From: Candidatus Thorarchaeota archaeon
Lineage (GTDB): Archaea; Asgardarchaeota; Thorarchaeia; Thorarchaeales; Thorarchaeaceae
Assembly (NCBI GenBank): GCA_004524445.1
Contig: SDNP01000019.1
Coordinates: 1 to 59,004, forward strand
DNA length: 59,004 bases
Reading direction: 5' to 3'
The position numbers and the translations under genes are program-made. The notes under the pieces were generated by a model. The model did not search any database, was not told where the DNA came from, and saw only the letters and a program-made list of their open reading frames with translations. Positions 27,945 to 38,229 of this stretch are shown one piece after another. Positions within the stretch are counted from its first letter, which is position 1, and the number at the start of each line of letters is the position of its first letter.

Positions 27945-29009
27945 CTATGTGAATAAGCTCACGAATGCAGGTATAAGCAGCATAAGTGCTGGAACAGCTA
28001 TAATGGTGGTCCAAGTTATAGCCAAAGCAGTACCTTTACGGTCTATGCCATAAGGTATTAGGAACATGTTTGTGCTGGTTATAGGCATTACGGAATTCAG
28101 GGCTATTACAGCGAACCATTCTTTGGGAATGAGGTTCATATACATCAGAGACCCGAAGACCAGGACAATGGCAAGAGGGGTTGCAATAAGGGTGGTAAAG
28201 AAGGCGTTCCTTGCCACACTCCAATGGAACTCCCTTTCCGATGGTGATCCTCCGGTCAGCGAAAACAGTTTTTTCATCTCGGTCAGTTTTAGGTCTTTTG
28301 GATCGATACCGGCCCCAACGTAGTAGAGGCCTGCAGGAATGGTTAGAGCTGTTATGAAATGAAGGATTGTTCCAGCATCACCAAGGTCGACTACGGTTAT
28401 ACCGGTACTCCTGTGGATAATCACTGCCGCAATGACGAAGGAAAGCAGATACCATGGGTATAGCCTCAAAAACCCAGGCAGCGTGGTAACTTTTTCCCGC
28501 CCCTGGTTTTCTCGATTGTGCATCATGGAGAGCATATAAGGTATTATGGCAAACAGTCCGATCCCAACAATGCTGATGTATATGGCTGCTGGCACTCTCC
28601 ATTCCTGGATACTCAACATTATGCCTCCTACAAAAGCGGCGCTGCGGCCTTGATTGGTGAGAACGGTCTTAATGAAGGTCCGCCGCTCGACTCCAGTCAG
28701 CCCGATTTTTCTGACCTCTAGATAACCAAATAGATAGGAAATCAGATACATGAAGGTCAGCACAACGAAGGTTAAGGAGGCAAACCTAAGCTCCTCACTG
28801 CCAAAACCTATGTTTAGAAATATCCTGAACAGCAGGAGCGGAATGAATACGAACAACAACAGGAATCCGACTTTTTTCATGCCTGCGTCGACACGGTCCT
28901 TTCCCAGCCACTTAGAAAGAGCAAGGGTCATCAGGAAGCCTACCACTATCCAAGGTAGCGTCCATAGTCCGCTTATGTATGGAATCACCTTCTCTATCGT
29001 ATCTATCAT
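27945..29009 (-). CDS. AEC (auxin efflux carrier/malate permease)-like multi-pass transporter
   Basis: About 10 TM segments, FVFIPLLLF, LTIPAGLYYVG, SVMPITST; ATG 29009 has GAGGTGA upstream. Confidence 0.7.
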   Translation of the reverse strand: MIDTIEKVIPYISGLWTLPWIVVGFLMTLALSKWLGKDRVDAGMKKVGFLLLFVFIPLLLFRIFLNIGFGSEELRFASLTFVVLTFMYLISYLFGYLEVRKIGLTGVERRTFIKTVLTNQGRSAAFVGGIMLSIQEWRVPAAIYISIVGIGLFAIIPYMLSMMHNRENQGREKVTTLPGFLRLYPWYLLSFVIAAVIIHRSTGITVVDLGDAGTILHFITALTIPAGLYYVGAGIDPKDLKLTEMKKLFSLTGGSPSEREFHWSVARNAFFTTLIATPLAIVLVFGSLMYMNLIPKEWFAVIALNSVMPITSTNMFLIPYGIDRKGTALAITWTTIIAVPALMLLIPAFVSLFT

Positions 29010-29624
29010 TCTTATCACCTCTAAGCTATGTGCTTGAACGCACAAAGGGCTCGCAGCAATCCACGACAAAGCACCGCCAAACGATACTAGAAATCACCGA
29101 TGCCCAATTGTCGGACTCGAACACAATGTTTTCGGAATTGTCCTCTGATATATTATATTTCCGTAAGAGAACCCTCAGCTCGCATACCTAGGTTATCTGA
29201 TGTCAGAATTTCGGGAAAGGTAGGGACCAATTCATGTCTGTGCTCATTGCTATACCAACTATGATGAGTAATACTATCATAACCATGTGTTTGGACCTAG
29301 AGAGCCCTGTCGTTCCATTCAAGGCAATGGTTTGCAATGGTAAAGATTACAAATATTGGCTGTTCTCACATCCGACTATACCTGCTATGGATCATTTGCT
29401 AATGTGGTCACAGTCGTTTGACTAATTGGAATACGTACCTCTATCATTGTAGTTTCAATACCGCAAGCCCAGCCATTATTTTGGTATTGCTGAATGATGG
29501 GACTTGATTCTTCCACTTCTGTAACTCAAGATGAACTCAAATAAGCGTAATTTTTGTCATTCATCAGATTTCTATGACAAATCTTTTTAGATTTGGTGGC
29601 TTATAGATAAAAGGGATACCATAA

Positions 29625-30437
29625 ATGCAAGAAGCTTCGTTGTTGGTTATGGGAATGATGGCCCTGGTGGTTGGGGTTTTTCTGCTCATCATCGTAGTTG
29701 CAGCGTCAGTAAGAATTGTGAAGGAATACGAACGGGCGATTGTGTTTCGCTTGGGCAGATTTGTTGGACAAAGAGGGCCAGGTGTGTTCTGGATTATTCC
29801 TGGCTTAGATAGGCTCCAAGTAGTGGATCTTCGTACAGTAACTTATGATGCTCGAACAATCAAAGTAATCACTAAAGACAATATCCGATGTGATGTGGAC
29901 TCGTTTGTCTTCTACCGAGTAGTAGACCCTGAACGGGCAATATTGGAGGTTGAGAATTACATCCGAGCTGTTCAAAACCTGGCCAAAACTGTTCTTAGAG
30001 ATGTGCTAGGAACCGCCGATCTTGATGATCTCTTGTCACACACAGAAGAGCTGACACTACGAATTCACCGAGAAATCGACAGAAAAACAGATCCTTGGGG
30101 GATCAAGGTCACTGATGTAGCCATCAGTGACATCCTTCTTCCGGAAGAAATGCAACGCGCAATTGCAAAACAAGCTGAGGCAGAGCGAGAACGTCGAGCA
30201 CGAATCATTATCGCTGAGGGAGAATACATGGCTGCTGAAAAAATGGTGAAAGCAGCGGAGATGTACGCGGCAAGCCCAATCACCTTCAAAATCCGTGAAC
30301 TACAGACACTTGCCGAAATTGCACGTGAGAAGAATCTGGTGGTGGTCACAACAACAGGCAATTCGGATGAAATTGCCCGCGTGTTTGCTGTTGCCCAAGG
30401 GACTGATAGGCAGCAACAACAACAACGCGGCAAATAG
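29625..30437 (+). CDS. SPFH/stomatin-like (slipin) protein
   Basis: RIVKEYERAIVFRLGR, VDLRT, ITKDN, DPWGIKV, QAEAERERRA, RELQTL. Confidence 0.95.
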   Translation: MQEASLLVMGMMALVVGVFLLIIVVAASVRIVKEYERAIVFRLGRFVGQRGPGVFWIIPGLDRLQVVDLRTVTYDARTIKVITKDNIRCDVDSFVFYRVVDPERAILEVENYIRAVQNLAKTVLRDVLGTADLDDLLSHTEELTLRIHREIDRKTDPWGIKVTDVAISDILLPEEMQRAIAKQAEAERERRARIIIAEGEYMAAEKMVKAAEMYAASPITFKIRELQTLAEIAREKNLVVVTTTGNSDEIARVFAVAQGTDRQQQQQRGK

Positions 30438-30449
30438 GGGGACCAGAAG

Positions 30450-30944
30450 ATGCAAGTTCTAGGAATCGGATGGGCATTCACAGCCATTACACTGATAGCC
30501 TTGGGATTAGCATTCTTGGTGGCTGAACTGATTTCTGATGAACCAGAGTGTTTTGCTCCAGCAGCCGTGTTTTTTCTCATAATCGGAACAGCGTTATGGT
30601 TTATGGTTGTTCCACTGGTCTGGCCAATCACACCATTATGGGTGCCGGGACTTTCGCTAGTGCTAGTGATGGTGACGGCATTGGCATCTTCTTTCTCTTT
30701 GTTTATGATGTACAAGATCATTCAACTGAAGAGGCAGCCGCCTAAAAACATTGATTTTCTCGGTGCCACCGGCAGAGCGATCGATTCACTCGAGCCAGGG
30801 CAGAAGGGGTACATACAATACCATGGAGAGTATTGGCAGGCACAAACAGTAGGAGGAAGGATAGCGGCGGGCCAGTCGGTAAGAATCTGCGGGAAAGAAG
30901 GCCTCTTGCTTCTAGTTGAACCTGAGAAGCTGCCCAGAAACTAA
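30450..30944 (+). CDS. short NfeD-family membrane protein
   Basis: Three TM segments plus OB-like G.TG.....L.PG..G.I...GEYWQA...I..G..V.I....G..L.VEP; directly after the SPFH gene, the canonical pairing. Confidence 0.85.
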   Translation: MQVLGIGWAFTAITLIALGLAFLVAELISDEPECFAPAAVFFLIIGTALWFMVVPLVWPITPLWVPGLSLVLVMVTALASSFSLFMMYKIIQLKRQPPKNIDFLGATGRAIDSLEPGQKGYIQYHGEYWQAQTVGGRIAAGQSVRICGKEGLLLLVEPEKLPRN

Positions 30945-31105
30945 TGGCCTCGCAAATTATTACTATCAAATCAGCATATAAGGGCACACAAAGGAGGTTT
31001 CTGAGAGTGAAATTTATGGAATACACGTTACTGTCTGTAGATGGCAATATAGGTGGGTTTCATAACCAAACTGAATCATAATAACCGAGTGGAGAGTTGA
31101 AAAAC

Positions 31106-31975
31106 ATGTGCGAATGGTGCTACAAACATGGCGCAGGTAAGAAATGGTATCTAAACTCGCGGAACTACCTTCAAGAAACTGCAGAGGAGGTTGGAGCTCA
31201 TGAATACATATTTGAACTCTGGAAGCAATTTGAAAAAGTATACCTACAAAAGATATATGGCATCTCAGCACGAGGACCGGGATATAAATTCAGTATTCCC
31301 ATATTGGGAAAAGCCATCCACTGGTACATTAACTCGTGGTTCAAAAAAGAAAAGCCCTTGAAGGGGCGCAATCCTCGAAGAGCAGAAGGCCATCCTGGGC
31401 AAGTAGTCACACTAGATGATGCTCACAAAATACTCACTTTGGCTGAGCCTATAATCCGCGTCAACTGCGCATGCCGACACATGACCAGAGGGATTGAAGA
31501 CCCCTGTTGCCTGGCCTTTGGAGCACTAGCAGAAATGGTTCCCAAACTGCCGCGGTATGTTCCTGATTCAGGTGTGGAACCATTGCATATTGATGAGGCA
31601 AAGGAGTTCATTAGTTCAATGAATGAGGCCGGACGGGTTCAAACAGTCTGGATGGGCCCATCACCCTATATTGCGGCGCTCTGCAGCTGTGAACTCCCGG
31701 AGTGCGCTGCAACACGCATTAGAATGGACTATGACTTGCAAGCGCTCTGGAAAGGTGAATATGTCGCTAAAGCTGAGTTTTCAAAGTGCACTGGTTGCGG
31801 AGAATGTGCTTCACGGTGTCAATTTGGAGCACTAGCATTTTCCGATTCTATGGGTCGTCCATTCATAGATCAGTGGAAATGCTTTGGATGCGGTCTCTGC
31901 GCCACCGCCTGTCCCGAATCAGCAATCGATATGATTGATAGGAATACAATCCCTGCGCTGGGTGAGGTGTGGTAA
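31106..31975 (+). CDS. 4Fe-4S dicluster domain protein
   Basis: CTGCGECASRC and CFGCGLCATACP motifs plus extra Cys motifs (CEWC, CACR, CSC...C); ORF-track start 31097. Confidence 0.85.
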   Translation: MCEWCYKHGAGKKWYLNSRNYLQETAEEVGAHEYIFELWKQFEKVYLQKIYGISARGPGYKFSIPILGKAIHWYINSWFKKEKPLKGRNPRRAEGHPGQVVTLDDAHKILTLAEPIIRVNCACRHMTRGIEDPCCLAFGALAEMVPKLPRYVPDSGVEPLHIDEAKEFISSMNEAGRVQTVWMGPSPYIAALCSCELPECAATRIRMDYDLQALWKGEYVAKAEFSKCTGCGECASRCQFGALAFSDSMGRPFIDQWKCFGCGLCATACPESAIDMIDRNTIPALGEVW

Positions 31976-32199
31976 AAATGAAAACAGACATCATCGTGGA
32001 TTATGATAGATGCGGAAACCCCCGTGAATGCAAGCGGTGTCTTCAGATCTGTCCGTCTGCACTATTTATGATGTACTCTCCAGACTACGAGAGCAATGAC
32101 CCTGATGAGTGGAGAGTTGATGTTGCATTCACTGATTTATGTACACGTTGTGGGGACTGTGTTGATGTTTGTCCAAATGATGCCATTACTCTCAAATAG
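31969..32199 (+). CDS. small ferredoxin
   Basis: CGNPRECKRCLQICP and CTRCGDCVDVCP; overlaps the upstream stop. Confidence 0.85.
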   Translation: MVKMKTDIIVDYDRCGNPRECKRCLQICPSALFMMYSPDYESNDPDEWRVDVAFTDLCTRCGDCVDVCPNDAITLK

Positions 32200-32208
32200 C
32201 AATAGGTT

Positions 32209-33387
32209 TCATTTCTTGACGGAGCGAACCAACAGAAGCACTAGAACTATCAAAATTCCTGTCGCAACCAAAATGGCTAGATAGACCTGTCGAATGCCTG
32301 TTTCGAAAAAACCCCCAAATAGCGCAGGGACGAGTGCCCTACCTGTGAACAGGGCAAATGTCACCATGCCTGCCAGGGCACCACGGTGTCCGGGTGAAAT
32401 GGTCTGGCTGTAAGTGTTAATATTTGGAGACAGTGTTCCTCCAGCCCATCCCAAAATTAGAATTCCGGCTCCAATCATTGTTGGATTCGCTGACCCTGAG
32501 GAATCGACGGAGAATATCAGAACCAAGTTGGAGAGCACCAGTGCTAAGAGACCACTGTATAGGACCGTCTTTTGACTGAATCGCTCAACCAGCTGGCCTA
32601 ATGATAGTCCAGCAATAACACCGGAAACACCTAATGACAATAGGATGATGCCTGAAACTGAAGGTTCGACAAAGTCTGCCAGTGACCTAGATGTCCAAAT
32701 GAACAATGCACCATACGTTTCTGAAATTAGGAATGATGAGAGCATAAGCAATATTACTATAGGCTTTCGCAGCTCCTCTGCAAAAATAGCAGCCAATTCT
32801 CTAACAGATGTCCTTACTGAAATATCACCTTGAGGTTTGTTTGCCATGCACATTGCAGCCATTCCAAAAAGAGTTAGAAAGACGAAGAGAACATAGAAGG
32901 TCCTCCATCCGATCAATGCCAGTTGACCTGCAATCCCTGGCCCTAACCCGACGCTACCTGTTGCAACAGCACCCAAGAGCCCCATTCGTTTGGAAACTTC
33001 ACTGCGCTTAGCTGTATCAGTCAATACGGCAATGAGCACAGGATTAACAAAGCCAAAACCTACCCCTCCCAGAAAATTGCCAAATATAAACTGAATGAGC
33101 GTTGCAGAAAAAACGATTATTGTGTTTCCAACTAGATATGTCGATAATCCAGCTAAGATAACTGGAATTCTTCCTCGTACGTCGGATATGGCACCGCTGA
33201 AGAGCTGAATGATTGCAAAGGGAATCATGAAGGCAGGAATAGCTGATAGAACTGATGTTGGATCTACTGCAAAATCGATAGCTATGGGACTTAGCTGAGC
33301 CAATACTGCATTGCCAACAATGGGGCCAATGGCAAAGATGAAATAAGTTGACAAATTCAGCAAAATGTAAGATCGGTCACCGTCCAT
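32209..33387 (-). CDS. MFS transporter
   Basis: MFS motif A GAISDVRGRIP, about 12 TM segments; ATG 33387 has AAGGAG upstream (ORF track start 33417). Confidence 0.9.
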   Translation of the reverse strand: MDGDRSYILLNLSTYFIFAIGPIVGNAVLAQLSPIAIDFAVDPTSVLSAIPAFMIPFAIIQLFSGAISDVRGRIPVILAGLSTYLVGNTIIVFSATLIQFIFGNFLGGVGFGFVNPVLIAVLTDTAKRSEVSKRMGLLGAVATGSVGLGPGIAGQLALIGWRTFYVLFVFLTLFGMAAMCMANKPQGDISVRTSVRELAAIFAEELRKPIVILLMLSSFLISETYGALFIWTSRSLADFVEPSVSGIILLSLGVSGVIAGLSLGQLVERFSQKTVLYSGLLALVLSNLVLIFSVDSSGSANPTMIGAGILILGWAGGTLSPNINTYSQTISPGHRGALAGMVTFALFTGRALVPALFGGFFETGIRQVYLAILVATGILIVLVLLLVRSVKK

Positions 33388-33557
33388 CTCCTTCGAACCA
33401 GCTGCCAAAGCGCACATTCACCTGAACTTATCATCCTAGGTAGCATGTGCTGGTTAAATCACTTGGCATAGAATAGAGCGCCAATGCAAAGCTTTGGTAA
33501 AAAGGGTAGCAAAAGACCTAAGACCAGCAGAGCAAGTCCATACATGGTGAAGAGCTA

Positions 33558-34550
33558 GTGAGATGTTTTGTAACAGGTGGTACAGGGTTTATTGGTAGTT
33601 ATATTGTTAGGCTTCTTTCTGAAGCTGACCACGAGGTGTTTGTGCTAATCAGAGAAACCTCGGATTTGCAGCTAATTGAGGACCTTCCGATTACGACTGT
33701 TTTGGGAGATGTAGTTGAACCTGAAACTCTTGATGATCTAGTCCCATCCGATACGGATTGTATGTTTCATAATGCCGCTATCATGGACGACTGGGGAGGC
33801 AAATCGAAATATTTCCCTGTAAATGTGGGCGGTACCGAGAATATTCTGGAGGTATGTAGAAGAAAAGATATACCAAGATTCATCCAGACCTCGTCCACAG
33901 GAGTGTACGGATTTCCAAACAAGAAAGAGCCCATTGACGAGGAAACACAGTGGAATCCTATGAATGCATACCAAAAATCGAAGGCTGAATCTGAGAGACT
34001 GGTCTTCGAACGGGCGGATGAATACGGTTTCAAGGCCTCAGCAGTAAGAGCGCCTGTCGTTTTTGGCCAAGGTGATATGTTTACCGGACCACAAATCCTC
34101 GAAAGAATGAAAGACGGGAATATGGTCGTTTTTGGCGGCGGAGACAATACACAGTCATATGTCCATGCAGAAGATTTCGCCAGATGCTTGGTTCTAGCAG
34201 GGGAACAAATACAAAACTCTGCAGGAGAGGCCTACAACGTGGGATCTTTTACATGTGAATTTCGGGAGTTGCTAGAAGCATTTGCCAAGGAGCTTAATGT
34301 TGAACCAGATTTTCAGAATATACCTTATTCCTTGGGCGTGGGAATTGGAGGATTTGCAGCAAAACTATACGAAGTTTTCGGTCGGGAAAATGCACCTCTA
34401 ATCACATCTTTCCGTGTGAAAATGTTCGGCAGTGAATACGAGATAGATTGGTCAAAGGCTCATGAGCAATTGGGATATGAACCGAGATGGGACCTTGAGT
34501 CAACCGCCAAAGATGTTGTTGATTGGGGCATCCATTTCAAGCCAAGATAA
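33558..34550 (+). CDS. NAD-dependent epimerase/dehydratase (extended SDR, 3-beta-HSD-like)
   Basis: TGGTGFIG, HNAA, TSSTGVYG, YQKSK, VFGQGD. Confidence 0.88.
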   Translation: MRCFVTGGTGFIGSYIVRLLSEADHEVFVLIRETSDLQLIEDLPITTVLGDVVEPETLDDLVPSDTDCMFHNAAIMDDWGGKSKYFPVNVGGTENILEVCRRKDIPRFIQTSSTGVYGFPNKKEPIDEETQWNPMNAYQKSKAESERLVFERADEYGFKASAVRAPVVFGQGDMFTGPQILERMKDGNMVVFGGGDNTQSYVHAEDFARCLVLAGEQIQNSAGEAYNVGSFTCEFRELLEAFAKELNVEPDFQNIPYSLGVGIGGFAAKLYEVFGRENAPLITSFRVKMFGSEYEIDWSKAHEQLGYEPRWDLESTAKDVVDWGIHFKPR

Positions 34551-34642
34551 TCAACTAGCATTTTGACGCCGCCTCAGCTTGCCTGAGGTGACTTATAGAA
34601 AGATACTTCAAAGGTTCGAGATTCATCCTTAAAAAAGAGGTA

Positions 34643-35152
34643 ATGATAATGGGATTGGACAAAGACACACTTCTAGGGCTTGGCGTACTCATCACACTTC
34701 TAATACTTGTAAGTGCTATATCATTCCTCCTCTCGAGTGTTGAAGGTTTCCTTGCGGGCGTATTTGTGATTTTCATCGGTTTTCTAATCAGCTTCTTCAG
34801 AGATGATATCAAGAGGGCTCTCGGAGTTTCCAAGGAAGAACCAGAGATTCCTGCACCAGAAGCGGAAGAGAAGGATCCTCTCTATGATATAGAGAAGAGA
34901 ATTTCAAAGGGGAGAGAAAAGGTGGCGAAATCCTTTGTTAAGTACGAATCAGAATACAAGCCCGAAAAAAAGGGCAAAAGAGCCCAAGACATCTATCAGG
35001 AGGCATCGCGACTCCTAGCAGCACTTCACCAAGCAAAGACTTATGCAATTCAACAGAGAAACTCAGAGCTAGTCGACCATTATGAGGAACTGATTCAAGA
35101 AGTAGAGGAAACGCGAGACTGGTCTGCAGAAGAGATGAAATATGCAAGCTAG
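34643..35152 (+). CDS. hypothetical protein, two N-terminal TM helices and a charged helical domain
   Basis: Hydrophobic N-terminus, GAGG upstream, fills the gap between flanking genes. Confidence 0.65.
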   Translation: MIMGLDKDTLLGLGVLITLLILVSAISFLLSSVEGFLAGVFVIFIGFLISFFRDDIKRALGVSKEEPEIPAPEAEEKDPLYDIEKRISKGREKVAKSFVKYESEYKPEKKGKRAQDIYQEASRLLAALHQAKTYAIQQRNSELVDHYEELIQEVEETRDWSAEEMKYAS

Positions 35153-35154
35153 AG

Positions 35155-36294
35155 TCAGTTAGTGATACGATCCAACAGCTCAACCATATCAAGAACCTCG
35201 ATATCTTCTCCATTTGCCGCATCAGATAGGTTTAGCTTACAGAAGGGGCAGGCCGAGAGCAGGATATCTGCTGAAACCGACTGTGCATGCTGGACTCTTT
35301 TTCGTGCAGTTTCCAATGCCATATCTTTGAATGCGGATTTCACACCGCCGCCAGACCCGCAACACCATGCATTGTGCCTATTGCTCTCCATCTCGATTAT
35401 GTCAACCCCCGCACTTGAGATAACTTGCCGTGGTTCTTCATAAATACCCATATGTCGCCCCAGATGGCACGGATCGTGATACGTGATTACCTCAGCAAAA
35501 GGCGGTTGTTCAATAACGAGCATACCCGAATCAATTAGCGATCCTAGGAACTGGGAAATGTGCAATACCTCATAATCGTCATTCCCATCGATGGCAGGAT
35601 ATTCTGACGCAAGAGTCCGGTAGCAGCCAGCACACGAGGTCAATATACGCGATGCGCCAGCCGACTCAAAAAGCTCCTTGTTGCTTATTGCTAAGGCTTC
35701 GGCTTGGTCTACCTGTCCGGTACGGATTAGTGGTGAACCACAGCAACGTTCATCAACGATTGTAAAATCAACTCCCGCCTTTTTCAGCAACGATATGGTG
35801 GCATCACGAATTGCCTCTTCCCTATAGTTTGCCGTACAACCGACAAAGTAGACATTTTCTGCAGATTTCGGAAGGCCGTGCTTTTCGCGGAGATTTTGAT
35901 GATTGGGTTTTTCTGCGTAGGGATTGGTTGTTCGTAGGATGTTGTTTGCAAATGTTTGATGAGCTGGCAGTGGACCCAGCTTATTAACTGCCTTTCTGCG
36001 TAGCTCCTCAATAATATCTACTATGCCATTCGCATGCGGGGATAGGCACTGTTCTTCACAGTTACTACAAACAGTACAAGCGAATACTGGTGCCAAGAGA
36101 GATGAGTCCCAGTCTAACTCTCCCCTTTCAAGAGCTTGTGCAAGTCTGATTCTGCCAGATGCGTAATAGGTTTCAAATCCGAAGAATTCTCCCGAGGGAC
36201 ACGATGGAACATAGTCACGGAAGACGAATTTACAGTTACCGCATCGAATGCACCGGTGCAGATATTTGTCAATCACCGATTCATTAGTCGTCAT
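35155..36294 (-). CDS. Fe-S oxidoreductase with two CCG domains (GlcF/HdrD-like)
   Basis: CIRCGNC, CTVCSNC...C, FVGC, CCGSP, CAGC, YHDPCHLGR, CCGSGGG, ACPFC; ATGA overlap with the upstream gene. Confidence 0.9.
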   Translation of the reverse strand: MTTNESVIDKYLHRCIRCGNCKFVFRDYVPSCPSGEFFGFETYYASGRIRLAQALERGELDWDSSLLAPVFACTVCSNCEEQCLSPHANGIVDIIEELRRKAVNKLGPLPAHQTFANNILRTTNPYAEKPNHQNLREKHGLPKSAENVYFVGCTANYREEAIRDATISLLKKAGVDFTIVDERCCGSPLIRTGQVDQAEALAISNKELFESAGASRILTSCAGCYRTLASEYPAIDGNDDYEVLHISQFLGSLIDSGMLVIEQPPFAEVITYHDPCHLGRHMGIYEEPRQVISSAGVDIIEMESNRHNAWCCGSGGGVKSAFKDMALETARKRVQHAQSVSADILLSACPFCKLNLSDAANGEDIEVLDMVELLDRITN

Positions 36295-37715
36295 AGAGCC
36301 CATCTCCCCGGATTCATTATGTTGTTTGGATCCAATGTTTCCTTAATCCGACGAACCAGTTTGACAAACTCGGGGTCGATGTGACTATGAAGCTTCTCAG
36401 CAGCCCACACTGGTGTCTTATACGGGATTGCGCCCAGACTTAATGCCAATTCTAAGAGTGCTTCATTACAGCTGCGGACTCGCTTCATCGTTTCAGTTTC
36501 TTTGCTGAATCGGATTATGAATTTGAACTCTCCATAGTGCATACCATCCATAGGCTTCAGAAATGCCATCAGCTCGAATCCATGACGAGCCACTATCTCG
36601 CGTCCCTTGAGTAGACCTGCACCCCAATTTCTTGGATGTATATATGTGCCAACCCAGGTAAGCCCATCAAACTCAGCCAATATTTTGAAGGCGTCTGAAG
36701 GAAAGTCGACCCACTCTCGCGCCTGTGAACCTACCAACTTCTCAATGGTATCCCAAGATACAAACAAGTGTCTAGATTCCCTTTCCGTATGCTTATCGAC
36801 GATATTCCTTGCAGTCCCTATTTTATCTGATACATCGATCTCGGAATTGCCTGAGAATGCAAGAAGCGTTGCGTAATCTGGCTCACCATCAAAGACGTCT
36901 ACAGGATATTCCACACCAAGGAGCATCTTCACCAGGCTCAGCGACATACAATCCGCGTCATCAAGCACACCTGTTCGAGTCAGTTCTTTCAGTAGTTCAG
37001 TTGTTTCAATCTCACCGAAAGTAAACAAAGCCGCATATCTGGTTATTGGAGGTTTAGGCCATAGCTTGACCGCAATCTTGGTAACGATTCCTGTCATCCC
37101 TTGCCAACCTGAAAACAAGCCAACCAGGTCAGGTAGGGGATATCTGCTGAACCAGTTTTTTGTACCAGAAACTCCAGAACCAACTCTCACGAGTTCGCCT
37201 GTGGGTAACACGACTTCGAGTCCATTGATGAAATCCCCCATCGCTCCATGTTTTGTAGACAGGTCACAGAGACCTTGTAACAGGACGTTTGCCATGATCG
37301 AAGTAAAAGGCGGCGCTAGAGGGTAGGTGTAGCGTAGGTTAGGATGATTGATTTCTAGGTGCCTTCTAAGATGTCCAAAGGTCACTCCAGGCTCAACAAG
37401 AGTATACATAGCCTCCTCGTCGACCTCAATTATTCGTTTCATCTTCTTCAGGTCAACAATAACTGAGTTATCTACCTCAGGAATCGTCAAACCGCCCACA
37501 TTTTGCCCTGTTATGAATGGTACGAGAGGTATCTTCTGTTGGTTGGCTAATTCAACTATTTTACGCACCTGATCTGTCGTTGAGGGCATGACAACAGCGA
37601 GCGGTTTTCGAGCCTTATTCTCGGTCATATCGTACGAGTAAATATATCGCTCAGCTGGGTCACTCGAAACAGAATGCGCACCCAATAATTCTACCAGTTC
37701 TGATACTATGTTCAA
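36291..37715 (-). CDS. FAD-binding oxidoreductase (VAO/PCMH / GlcD family)
   Basis: PLAVVMP, DLKKM..I.EVD, VEPGVT, GLEVVLPTG, G.TGIVTK, LDPNNIMNPG. Confidence 0.9.
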   Translation of the reverse strand: MNIVSELVELLGAHSVSSDPAERYIYSYDMTENKARKPLAVVMPSTTDQVRKIVELANQQKIPLVPFITGQNVGGLTIPEVDNSVIVDLKKMKRIIEVDEEAMYTLVEPGVTFGHLRRHLEINHPNLRYTYPLAPPFTSIMANVLLQGLCDLSTKHGAMGDFINGLEVVLPTGELVRVGSGVSGTKNWFSRYPLPDLVGLFSGWQGMTGIVTKIAVKLWPKPPITRYAALFTFGEIETTELLKELTRTGVLDDADCMSLSLVKMLLGVEYPVDVFDGEPDYATLLAFSGNSEIDVSDKIGTARNIVDKHTERESRHLFVSWDTIEKLVGSQAREWVDFPSDAFKILAEFDGLTWVGTYIHPRNWGAGLLKGREIVARHGFELMAFLKPMDGMHYGEFKFIIRFSKETETMKRVRSCNEALLELALSLGAIPYKTPVWAAEKLHSHIDPEFVKLVRRIKETLDPNNIMNPGRWAL

Positions 37716-37718
37716 AGC

Positions 37719-38087
37719 CTAGTCCCCCAAGAGATGTTTCATGGTCTTGTAGAATCTATAGCCGGATCTAGGGCGCCTCCAAATCCCATTCACTGAAATC
37801 ATTCCACCGACGATAGACGCTAGCAGACCCTGATTTCCTGCCGCAATCTCAATCATTCGCTTCATTGTTGTCTTAACGTGGATGTCCGCAGACTTATCAG
37901 ATCCATAGTGGATTGAAACTCCGTTATCAAAGCGCATTGTTATTGGATAATAGTCAGTCTCCAATACAACGGTCATATTCCATGCCTTGACTTCCTCTCT
38001 GAACGATTCATTTTCTAGTTTCTTATCAAGAAGAATTCTGAAGAGAAGTCCAATAAAGTCGCCGGGTTTCTCCATGCTCATGACCAT
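37719..38087 (-). CDS. SCP2 (sterol carrier)-like lipid-binding domain protein
   Basis: ADIHVKTT....IEIAAG......IVGG.ISV.G pattern and ~120 aa size; 3 nt from the FAD gene. Confidence 0.55.
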   Translation of the reverse strand: MVMSMEKPGDFIGLLFRILLDKKLENESFREEVKAWNMTVVLETDYYPITMRFDNGVSIHYGSDKSADIHVKTTMKRMIEIAAGNQGLLASIVGGMISVNGIWRRPRSGYRFYKTMKHLLGD

Positions 38088-38229
38088 CCCATTTTTTCAG
38101 ATGAATGATTATCAAGGTAAAGGGGTTCTTGAATGTGATTGTTTAATTGAATTTGAATATTCCAATGAACTGGTCCTCATTGCAATTGATAAATCATAGA
38201 GAATTAATGGCTCAACTCACAAAGATAAA

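Noticed and set aside
30411-30425. CAG(CAA)4 poly-Gln at the SPFH C-terminus
   Set aside because: Too short and in frame; no case for phase variation
30065-30721. 218-aa minus-strand ORF with a CCCC run
   Set aside because: Antisense to the SPFH and NfeD genes; the Cys run mirrors the CAG/CAA poly-Gln codons
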